NCBI GenBank assembly: GCA_964016885.1
Contig: OZ024751.1
Coordinates: 28,892,001 to 28,956,000 of the forward strand
Source: Eledone cirrhosa
Lineage: Eukaryota
Direction: 5' to 3'
Length of the DNA: 64,000 nucleotides
Of this stretch, positions 52,823 through 64,000 are shown one piece after another (position 1 is the stretch's first letter; each line of letters starts with the position of its first letter). The notes under the pieces were generated by a model that saw only the letters and a list, made by a program, of their open reading frames with translations, had not been told where the DNA came from and searched no databases. Both the position numbers and the translations under genes were made by a program.

Positions 52823-54102
52823 CATTTATATATATATATACATTTATATATATATATACATTTATATATATATATATACATTTACATACATATATATATA
52901 TATATATTTCTATATATTTCTATCATGAATTAAATATAAAACCCTCACAGACCCTCCATATATATATATATTTAATTAATATATTCCTACCATCATTTAA
53001 ATACTCTTCCCCCCCATCACCACCAGAAATACCACCCCACTATTCTTGCATTTATTTCAATAGCCTAAGGATTTTTGTAACTAGTCCGTCAGCTTGAAAT
53101 AAATTGTGAACATCTCATGTCTAACTGATGTTTCATTTTTTCTTTTTTGTCTTTGTATTTTCTATTGATTTAGTACTGATTCAGCTACTAAAATATAGAT
53201 ATTATATGTAGGTATATCATTGTAGATGTACGTGCTTGCTTATAAATGCATGTATGTATGCATTTTTGTCTACCCCTCTGTATATATCTATATCACACAG
53301 AGAAGGTTAGACTCTTTATATATATATATATATATATTTAGAGAGAGAGATAGATACTTTATAATGTCTGCGTGCGTATAAATTTATCTTAGAGAGGTCA
53401 CACCTGCCTGTGTGTGTTTATTGAAAATATTGCACAAGGGAACATGGGAGAAGGAAAATTACAATGGATGAAGCAAAACAAAGCAAAAAGCTTTGATAAT
53501 CCCTCATCAGATGCCCCAATATGTGGATCATTGCAATTTCAAACACCAAGGGTCAGATTGCTATTTTATCAAGTGTGTCAATAACAATTAACACACTTGA
53601 TATTGGACAATCAATTATATATGACTAAATATTGGTTTATCACTTGTGTGTATATATGTGTGTGTAGCATACGTGAAACTCTGTGTGGTGTCGTGGGGAA
53701 ATCATCTAATATTTCATAAGAATAAACTGAACAGAGTGAATATGCATCACTGAAGATGGATAAAGCTCCTGAAATTCTAGTATTTGGTGTCCTCACAGTG
53801 TTACTGAGATAGTAGTGACATGATTACATTTTAAAATATTTATAGCAAGACTTTTGTATGATTATCATACCTAAACAAGTTGTGTATGCTTCCATATATG
53901 GCTCTTTTCTGAATCACACTGTGTGAGTGCTTCTGCTAAATAAATTCCATGTGGCTGGAAATTACACATGTTGATCTTTTCCTCAGTCTCTCTCTCATTC
54001 TCTCTCTCTCTCTCTCTCTCTGTGTGGCTGTGTGTACACATTCTTACCATGTTATCTTCTGTTATGTTGGGTCTCATGGCTCATGGCTGGCTTTTTATTA
54101 TT

Positions 54103-54460
54103 AGTAGGGGTAGTTGTAGTAGTACTAGTGGTGGTGGTGATAGTACTAGTAGTACTGATGGTGATGATAGTGGTGGTGGTGGTAGTAGTAGTAGTACTTA
54201 TGGTAATGGTGGTGATAGTAGTAGTGGTGGTGGTAGTAGTACTGATGGTGGTAGTTGCAGTAGTGGTGGTAGTAGTAGTAGTAGTGGTGGCAGTAGTAGT
54301 AATAGTGGTGGTAGTAGCAGTAGTAGTGATGGTGGTGGTAGCAGTAGTACTGATAGTGTTGGTGGTAGTAGTAGTACTGATAGTGTTGGTAGTAGTAGTA
54401 CTGATAGTGTTGGTAGTAGTAGTAGTGGTACTGATGGTGGTGGTGGTGATAGTAGTAGTG
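54103..54460. repeat. (AGT/GGT)n triplet repeat
   Basis: Direct inspection. Confidence 0.9.
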
Positions 54461-54832
54461 TTACAAGATTATATCGATTGAGTCATCTATGCCAAAACCC
54501 TGACAGATGACAGTCACATATCTTTAAACAACCATTGCAGATCATAGGGCTATCTTGTGTCATTTCCATTACAGATATTACCGTCAAATTCCTGTTGACT
54601 TCTTCTCTGATAGGTTTTAACTGTAGAATAGGATAAGGAATAAGGCTCTGTGCCATTCCTACTTGTTCTTCCTCTTTCTATTTATCTTTGCTAATCTATG
54701 GAAGGAGCTTATGATATTCTCAGAGTTGTTTTACAAAGCAGCATATGCTGTATATTATGCTACCTATACATTGGCACATATATCTCTTATTCACACAAAG
54801 CTTTCCTTTATATACACACACACACATTGTAC

Positions 54833-54863
<31 letters not shown>

Positions 54864-54867
<4 letters not shown>

Positions 54868-55280
54868 TCATTTTACGTCCGATTTTCCCTGCTTGCAAGG
54901 GTGGGATGGGTCTTATTCAGCACAGCATCTCTCCACGGTCCTTCGTCACGGTCCTTCGTCATCTCTACCATGAGCTTCAGCGATCTGAGGTCTGTTCTCA
55001 CCACCTCCGCCCATGTTTTTCGTGGTCTACCTCTACCACATCTTCCTTCAACTGGCATTTCCTGGCACTTCTTCACCCATCGGTCATCCTCCATGACATC
55101 ACATGTCCATACCACCTCAGTCTCCTCTCTCGCACACTACATTCTAAACTTCTAAACTTCTTCCAACCCGTCCTTATTCTAGATACTATGGCCTAGGAAA
55201 ACCCTCCTCCCATGCTAATCTGATCTAGGTACCGGAAGCTATCCACCACTTCTATAGCGCCCTCCTGCATTTGAAAAATG
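54864..55280 (-). mobile_element. RTE LINE second-family fragment with an internal deletion
   Basis: 54871-55145 matches 45580-45848. 55146-55275 encodes the upstream IEVVDSFRYLDQISMGG...RIRTGWKKFR segment. Confidence 0.85.
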
Positions 55281-55400
55281 TGTCTATAATATATATATAT
55301 ATATATATATATACATAGTATTAAGGATACTATTTATGGTTATGTATATACTAAAACCTTTTATAGTTATATATATATTAAACCCTAAATAGTGAAAGAC

Positions 55401-55451
<51 letters not shown>

Positions 55452-55530
55452 CATATATATATATATACATATATATATACATATATATACATATATATAT
55501 ATATATACATATATATACATATATATATAT

Positions 55531-55575
<45 letters not shown>

Positions 55576-55592
55576 TATACATATATATATAT

Positions 55593-55685
<93 letters not shown>

Positions 55686-55855
55686 CATATATATAACCCA
55701 TGCTAGCGTGGAAGAACGGACGTAAATAGTGTAGTGAAGTTCATATTGACCCCAATATTTTACTGGTACTTAATTTAAAGTTGACCTCTGCTAGGTTTGA
55801 ACTCATATAGTGAATGTCTTACTAAATTCAGTCACCAAACATTCTGACTTACCCT

Positions 55856-56590
55856 CCAACCCCAACACCACTCCACCCCAACACCACTCCACCCCTACAC
55901 CAACACCACTCCACCCCTACACCAACACCACTCCACCCCTACACCAACACCAACACCACTCAACACCAACACCACTCCACCCCTACACCAACACCACTCC
56001 ACCCCTACACCAACACCACTCCACCCCAACGCTGCCTCCATCCCCACCCTATCCACCTGGTTCACTACTTATTGTTATCCGATATCCCCACCACTCCCAC
56101 CCTCACCTGTTGTCGATACTAATAAGAGGATACCAACCGGTGTGTGGGATATCAACTTTGACAGTAAATATTAGGCACCCCCCCCCCCAAAAAAAATGGA
56201 CAAACGGTGAAACCATGTCAACAACATTAACAACAACAACATTTACGACGACATTAACAACAACATTTGCAACAATGACAACTATGACATCATTAACAAC
56301 TACATCAACAACATTAACAACATCAACAACTACGACATTAACAACAATAACAACAATAACAACAACAACAACAATAACATCAACAACATTAACAACAATA
56401 ACAACAACAACGACATCAACAACATTAACAACAATAACAACAATAACAACAATAACATCAACAACATTAACAACATTAACAACAGTAACAACAATAACAA
56501 CATTAACAACAATAACAACAATAACAACGACATCAACAACATTAACAACAATAACAACATTAACAACAATAACAACAATAACAACCATAC
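55856..56590. repeat. CACCACTCCACCCCTACACCAA repeats and an (ACA)n-derived array
   Basis: Direct inspection. Confidence 0.9.
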
Positions 56591-57042
56591 TAATAGTAAA
56601 TTAACAATAACCAGTGTAAAATATCAACTTTGACAGTAAATATTAGAAACAAAACATTAACAACAGCTACACCAATAACACACACACACACACACACACA
56701 CATATATGTGTGTGTGTGTACATACATACACCTATATATATACACATAGACACACACAGGCACATAGACACACACAGGCACATAAACATGCACACAGATA
56801 CATAATCACACACAGAGACACATTCACACATACACGCACATATACACATAGACACATACATAAACACATACAGACACATTAGCATACACTCACAGGCACA
56901 TTAGCACGCACACACACACACATCAACACACATACACACAGACACATCAACACACATACACACATAGATACATAATCACATACAGACATATAAACACACA
57001 TAAGCACCTACACGCACACATATCCCCCCCCCCCCCCCCCTA

Positions 57043-57708
57043 CCGCTAACCACACACTCCCCCCGCTCACCACACACTCCCCCCGCTCACCACACACTCC
57101 CCCCGCTCACCACACACTCCCCCCGCTCACCACACACTCCCCCCCGCTCACCACACACTCCCCCCCGCTCACCACACACTCCCCCCGCTCACCACACACT
57201 CCCCCGCTCACCACACACTCCCCCCGCTCACCACACACTCCCCCCGCTCACCACACACTCCCCCCGCTCACCACACACTCCCCCCGCTCACCACACACTC
57301 CCCCCGCTCACCACACACTCCCCCCGCTCACCACACACTCCCCCCGCTCACCACACACTCCCCCCGCTCACCACACACTCCCCCCCGCTCACCACACACT
57401 CCCCCCGCTCACCACACACTCCCCCCGCTCACCACACACTCCCCCCGCTCACCACACACTCCCCCCGCTCACCACACACTCCCCCCGCTCACCACACACT
57501 CCCCCCGCTCACCACACACTCCCCCCCGCTCACCACACACTCCCCCCGCTCACCACACACTCCCCCCGCTCACCACACACTCCCCCCGCTCACCACACAC
57601 TCCCCCCGCTCACCACACACTCCCCCCGCTCACCACACACTCCCCCGCTCACCACACACTCCCCCCCCCCGCTCACCCCCCCCCCCCCGCTCACCACACA
57701 CTCCCCCC
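57043..57708. repeat. 20-22-bp GC-rich minisatellite, about 30 copies
   Basis: (C5-7)GCTCACCACACACT. Confidence 0.97.
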
Positions 57709-57889
57709 ACAGGTACCTACACAGCCACCATTCTTACCATTCTTTCAACTGCTAGTTCTCTACATAACAACACCTAACAAAGCAACAAACAGAAAGTTTG
57801 AAGGATTTTTTGACCTTTTTTCCTGAATTCTTTTAAAATTCCTTGGTTTTTCTTTCTTAGAATTTCAAAGAAAGAAAAATACTACGTAA

Positions 57890-58212
57890 CACCACCACCA
57901 CTGCTACCACCACCACCACCACTGTACTACGGCCACCACCACCACCACCACCACTGTCACTACGGCCACCACCACCACCACCACCACTGTCACTACGGCC
58001 ACCACCACCACCGCCACCACCACCACCACCACCACCACCGCCGCCGCCATCACCACCACCACCACCGCCGCCGCCATCACCACCACCGCCACCACCACCA
58101 CCACCACCACCACCACCACCACCACCACCACCACCAACACCACCAACACCACCACCACCACCACCACCACCACCACCACCACCACCACCATCACCACCAC
58201 CACCACCACCAC
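57890..58212. repeat. (ACC)n triplet repeat
   Basis: Direct inspection. Confidence 0.95.
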
Positions 58213-58514
58213 AAATGTACAGAACAAAAGAAGTATCAGCACTTCTGGAAATATTAAAAAAATTATTTCATTTTTTTTTAATGTAGAAATTAAGAAAAAA
58301 AATATGAAACTAAATTTAAAATGGCAAAAAATATAAACCTATAAATATTTTCTTTTTTTCTTGTGTGTATATGTATATGTGTGTGTGTATATATGTGTGT
58401 GTGTGTGTATGTGAAGTATACATATGCATATGTATGTATGTGTGTATACATACATGTATATGTGAGTGTATGTGTATCTATATATGCATATGTATATATG
58501 TATGTATATGTATA

Positions 58515-58546
<32 letters not shown>

Positions 58547-59539
58547 CTGTATATATATATTTATAAAACATACATTTCCATATTTGCATGTATGTATGGA
58601 TGTATGTGTATGTATGTGTATGTATGTGTATGTATGTGTATGTGTATGTATGTGTATGTATGTGTATGTATGTGTATATGGTAGTTTTACAGTGTGGCAG
58701 TTACAGTATTATGGCTATAATGAGGAATATATCTATTTCTTGTATAATTTTCCTTATTGTTGTTGTTGCTGTTACTGTATCTGTTGCTGTTGTTGTTGTT
58801 GTTACTGTATCTGTTGCTGTTCATGCTGTTGTTGTTGTTGCATTATTCCCCTTTGGGATTTGTGCCATCTGCAAATTATTAGGAGATAAGACCAGTTTCA
58901 CAATTGTTTATTTATCTATCTTCTCTTCCTTTTCTTGTTCTTTTCCCTTCTGCCGCCACAACCACCATTATTATTATTATTGTATGCATCATTATTTCTC
59001 TTTCGTAAATTCCTTCCTATATCTTTGAAACTTGGTGGCATTGTTGTTGCTGTTGGTGTTGTTAGTGTTGGTGTTGTTGTTGTTGTTGTTGTTAATGTTG
59101 TTAGTGTTGTTTGTGTTGGTGTTGTTGTTGCTGTTAGTGTTGTTGTTGTTTGTGTCGGTGTTGTTGGTGATGGTTTTGTTGTTGTAGTAGTTGTGTTGTG
59201 TTGTGTTGTGTTGTTGTTTGTGTTGGTGTTGTCAGTGGTTTTGTTGTAGTAGTTGTTGGCAGTGGTGATAGTGTTGGTGTTGTGTTGTTGTTTGTGTTGG
59301 TGTTGTCAGTGGTTTTGTTGTAGTAGTTGTTGTCAGTGGTGATAGTGTTGGTGTTGTGTTGTTGTTTGTGTTGGTGTTTTATTCCATTCCATTTAAAGTT
59401 TAGAATAATTTTGGTTGACTTGTGGCATTGTTAGCTTTTTTACTTTCACTTTATCTCATATCTACATATTTGTGTGTAAGTGATCACCATCATCATCATC
59501 ATATCGTCACCATCATCATCATCAGCATATCCTCACCAT

Positions 59540-60135
59540 CATCATCATCATCATCATCATCTTGCATGCATAAGATCAGTCCTCACCAGTACAGCATGTC
59601 TCTACCTGTTTCTTCCCAAGATCAGCTTCCACCAACTCTGCCCAGGTCTGCCTTGGTCTTCCTCTTCGATAACATCCTTCCATTTGGAAGTTTTGGCATT
59701 TCTTCACTCAACAATCAACATCTATACACATTATGTGTCTGTATTAGTGCAACTTTCTTTTCTACACATCACATATCATTTCTCTTATGCCCAGTTTTTT
59801 TTCTTTTATCTTAATTCATCCGTGTTTAGTCATTCATGCTCTCTAACATTACACATCCAGCTGAGCATGCTCAGTTCATTCCTTTCTAGACTTTGCGTAT
59901 TATCCTTCACATTCACTGCCCATGTCCCACTTTCATCAACTTCACTACCCATGTCTCACTTTCAAACAACTTTACTGCCTATGTCTCATTTTCTTCCATG
60001 CAATTTCACTACCCCTGCCTCACTTCCATCCAACTTCACTACCCCTGTCTCACATTCATGCAACACCTTACTATATACACAAGAATCATACAATCTACCC
60101 TCCATTTAGAAACAGAATCCTTCTGTTGCCAACAG
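59540..60135 (-). mobile_element. Highly degenerate RTE fragment
   Basis: Reverse strand retains GRPRQTW-like, LERNELSMLSWMCNV and GFCF.MEGRLYDSCV segments. (CAT)n tail. Confidence 0.6.
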
Positions 60136-60786
60136 AGCTAATTTATTCTAGAATGCAGCTTATATTAAAAGGTTTCAGGTAAATTTAATGTAGATATAAC
60201 TACAGATTTTGAATTAGAAACGACTTTGCCTTTCATCCTTCTAGTTTCCATAAAATAAAGTACCAGTGAAGTACTAGGGTAGATTTAAATCGATCAAACT
60301 CTTCCTTACTCCAATGTTTAAAACAATGATATTATCTTTCATTTTCCTACATGTTGTTGCTGGTTATCTGTGATAATCTTTTAAATGTTGTTATTATTGT
60401 TGTTGATTTGTTGTTGTGGTTGTTTTAATTTTTGTTGTGATTATTTTAATTGTTGTTGTTGTTGTTGTTGTTGCTGTTGTTGTTGTTGATATTTTAATTG
60501 TTGCTGATGTTGCTGTTACTGTTGTTATTATTGTTGCTGTTATTGTTATTTTAGTTGTTAATGTTGTTGTTGTTAATGCTGTTATTGTTGTTAATGTTGT
60601 TGTTGTTGTTGTTAATGCTGTTGTTGTTAATGCTGTTATTGTTTGTACTCTTGTTTCATTATATCTGGGGTTAAGTTTAAAGAAACAAACACCATTCCCC
60701 ATTTGCTACCCCCCTCCCCCACTAAAATTATAAAATGAAAATAAGTTCTTATCTTTAGTTTTTAAATGTTCAAAGAACATGCTATG

Positions 60787-61592
60787 TCATGGTGATGGTG
60801 ATGACGGTTATAATGGTGGTGGTGATGACGGTAATGGTGATGGTGATTGTGGTGATGATGGTAGTGATTGTGGTAATGGTGGTGGTGATGATGGTAGTGA
60901 TTGTGGTAATGGTGGTGGTGATGGTGGTGATGATGATGGTAGTGATTGTGGTAATGGTGGTGGTGATGGTGGTAGTGATTGTGGTAATGGTGGTGGTGAT
61001 GGTGGTGATGATGATGGTAGTGATTGTGGTAATGGTGGTGGTGATGATGGTAGTGATTGTGGTAATGGTGGTGGTGATGGTGGTGATGATGATGGTAGTG
61101 ATTGTGGTAATGGTGGTGGTGATGGTGGTGATGATGGTAGTGATTGTGGTAATGGTGGTGGTGATGATGGTAGTGATTGTGGTGATGATGATGGTAGTGA
61201 TTGTGGTAATGGTGGTGATGATGATGGTAGTGATTGTGGTAATGGTGGTGGTGATGATGGTAGTGATTGTGGTAATGGTGGTGGTGATGATGGTAGTGAT
61301 TGTGGTGATTGTGGTGATGATGATGGTAGTGGTGGTGGTGATTGTGGTGGTGATGGTGGTAGTGATTGTGGTAATGGTGGTGATGATGATGGTAGTGATT
61401 GTGGTAATGGTGGTGGTGATGGTGGTGATGATGATGGTAGTGGTGGTGGTGATTGTGGTGATGAGGATGGTAGTGATTGTGGTAATGGTGGTGATGATGA
61501 TGGTAGTGATTGTGGTAATGGTGGTGGTGATGGTGGTGATGATGATGGTAGTGGTGGTGACTGGTTATGATGCTGATGCTGGGGTTGGTGAT
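60787..61592. repeat. (GGT/GAT) triplet-derived higher-order repeat
   Basis: Recurrent GATGGTAGTGATTGTGGTAATGGTGGTGGT. Confidence 0.95.
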
Positions 61593-61714
61593 GTAATAGT
61601 GTGAAAATTAAAGAGAAGATAAAATATACATTTTTTTTTTTACCTCAAAACTAAATTACTTTTAAAAACAAACAAATACAAATAAATAATAAACAACACA
61701 AACCAAGAAATATG

Positions 61715-63130
61715 TATATAGGGTTACTATAATATATATTGTGTGTGTGTTACACATACATCTATAGGGTTGCTATAATATATATTGTGTGTGTGTTACA
61801 CATACATCTATAGGGTTGCTATAATATATATTGTGTGTGTGTGTCTGTGTGTGTGTGTGTTACACATACATCTATAGGGTTACTATAATATATATTGTGT
61901 GTGTGTTACACATACATCTATAGGGTTGCTATAATATATATTGTGTGTGTGTTACACATACATCTATAGGGTTGCTATAATATATATTGTGTGTGTGTGT
62001 GTGTCTGTGTGTGTGTGTGTTACACATACATCTATAGGGTTGCTATAATATATATTGTGTGTGTGTTACACATACATCTATAGGGTTGCTATAATATATA
62101 TTGTGTGTGTGTGTGTGTCTGTGTGTGTGTGTGTTACACATACATCTATAGGGTTGCTATAATATATATTGTGTGTGTGTTACACATACATCTATAGGGT
62201 TGCTATAATATATATTGTGTGTGTGTTACACATACATCTATAGGGTTGCTATAATATATATTGTGTGTGTGTGTGTGTCTGTGTGTGTGTGTGTTACACA
62301 TACATCTATAGGGTTGCTATAATATATATTGTGTGTGTGTTACACATACATCTATAGGGTTGCTATAATATATATTGTGTGTGTGTGTGTGTCTGTGTGT
62401 GTGTGTGTTACACATACATCTATAGGGTTGCTATAATATATATTGTGTGTGTGTTACACATACATCTATAGGGTTGCTATAATATATATTGTGTGTGTGT
62501 TACACATACATCTATAGGGTTGCTATAATATATATTGTGTGTTAGATACACATACATGTAGAGGGTTGCGATAATATGTATTGTGTGAGTGTGTGTGTGT
62601 TAGATACACATACATGTATAGGGTTGCTATAATATGTATTGTGTGAGTGTGCGTTCGTCTGTCTGTGTGTGTGTGTGTGACACATAGATATATAGGGTTG
62701 CTATAATATATATATAGTGTGTGTGTGTGTGTGTGTGTGTGTGCCTGTGTGTGTGTGTGTGTGTGTGACATAGATATATAGGGTTGCTATAATATATATA
62801 TATAGTGTGTGTGTGTGTATGTGTGTGCCTGTGTGTGTGTGTGTGTGTGTGACAGATATATAGAGTTGCTATAATATATATATTGTGTGTATGTGTGTGC
62901 CTGTGTGTGTGTATATGTGTCTGTGTGTGTGTGAGTTACACATACATGTAAAGGGTTGCGATAATATGTATTGTGTGAGTGTGCGTCTGTCTGTGTGTGT
63001 GTGTGTGTGTGTGACACATAGATATATAGGGTTGCTATAATATATATATAGTGTGTGTCTGTCTATCTGTCTCTGTGTGTGTATGCGTATATGAGATACA
63101 CATACATGTATAAGGCTGCTATAATTTACA
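61715..63130. repeat. Minisatellite with mixed ~44-bp and ~60-bp units
   Basis: TATAGGGTTGCTATAATATATAT(TG)nTTACACATACATC, with or without an extra TC(TG)n block. Confidence 0.95.
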
Positions 63131-63286
63131 TATGTGTGTGTGTGTCTATGTGTTAGATATATTTACATGTACTTCACAGAGCACATCTTAATTGATCTAA
63201 ATGAAATATTTTACACTGGGAGTACTGTATAACTAATTAAAAATTGGACCCATGACAAAAGTCTATATGAAAAGATATAAGACAAG

Positions 63287-63317
<31 letters not shown>

Positions 63318-63392
63318 TGTTTTTATGTCCTCTTTTCCTTTTTTGCATGGACCGAAAGAAAAAAAACAAAAAAACCCAAACATTAGCTGTGG

Positions 63393-63623
63393 CCTTGCAG
63401 CTCGGTCTCTGCAGTTTAGGGCTTGCAGCTCGATCTCTGCAGCTTAGGGCTTGCAGCTCGATCTCTGCAGTTGTGGGCTTGCAACTCGATCTCTGCAGTT
63501 GCGGGCTTGCAGCTCGATCTCTGCAGTTGCGGGCTTGCAGCTTGATCTCTGCAGTTGCGAGCTTGCAGCTCGATCTCTGCAGTTGCGAGCTTGCAGCTCG
63601 ATCTCTGCAGTTGTGGGTTGCAG
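63393..63623. repeat. 28-bp minisatellite, about 8 copies
   Basis: GCTTGCAGCTCGATCTCTGCAGTTG(C/T)G(G/A). Confidence 0.95.
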
Positions 63624-64000
63624 GCAGTGTAGATGTATATTTTTGTTTAGTGCTGGTGTCTTGATAAACGTCTCCAGTGTACATTGTAAGGAGGTAGAGC
63701 TGGTGCCATGAAAACAAGTACCCAGTCCTAGTAAGTTGGTAGGGCTACAAGATACATTATAGTGTTATCAGTACATGTTGTAAAGTGGTTGACATGAGGA
63801 AGGGTATCTGACTGTAGAAACCAAGTCTATATAGAGCATGTAACTAATACTAATGAGAGAGCACACAACAAACACCAAGATCATCATCACCATCACCACT
63901 GCCACTGCCACCACCATCACCACTGCCACCACAACAACCACCACCATCACCACCAACACAACCACCACCACCATCACCACTGCCACCACCACCACTACCA

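Noticed and set aside
60779-61604. Gly/Asp-rich 263-aa ORF (also 50197-50955, 53968-54510, 55810-56604)
   Set aside because: Triplet-repeat DNA open in several frames, with no non-repetitive domain or splice context.

Overview
Very AT-rich, repeat-saturated eukaryotic non-coding DNA (intronic or intergenic). The repeat families (tRNA-derived SINEs, RTE LINEs with (ATG)n tails, dense (TA)n/(CA)n/triplet microsatellites) suggest a mollusc, most likely an octopus; this is an inference from repeat style. I can identify no intact host protein-coding gene, and nearly all ORFs in the track are microsatellite artefacts. Supported features are a dozen or more copies of one SINE family, several RTE LINE 3' fragments, a CR1-type endonuclease fragment, a non-autonomous Helitron, several MITEs and many minisatellites. 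The most notable signal is a set of hammerhead-ribozyme motifs built into long inverted repeats. One is a well-formed type I hammerhead at 298-356 with a mirror copy; four more lie in alternating orientation at 14990-15402; and a half motif sits in a 57-bp-arm palindrome at 30212-30326. This architecture resembles Penelope-like element termini. Also notable are a head-to-head SINE pair inside one 19-bp direct repeat and a unique-sequence island near 37.1 kb carrying a short ORF that ends in Pro-Ser-stop.
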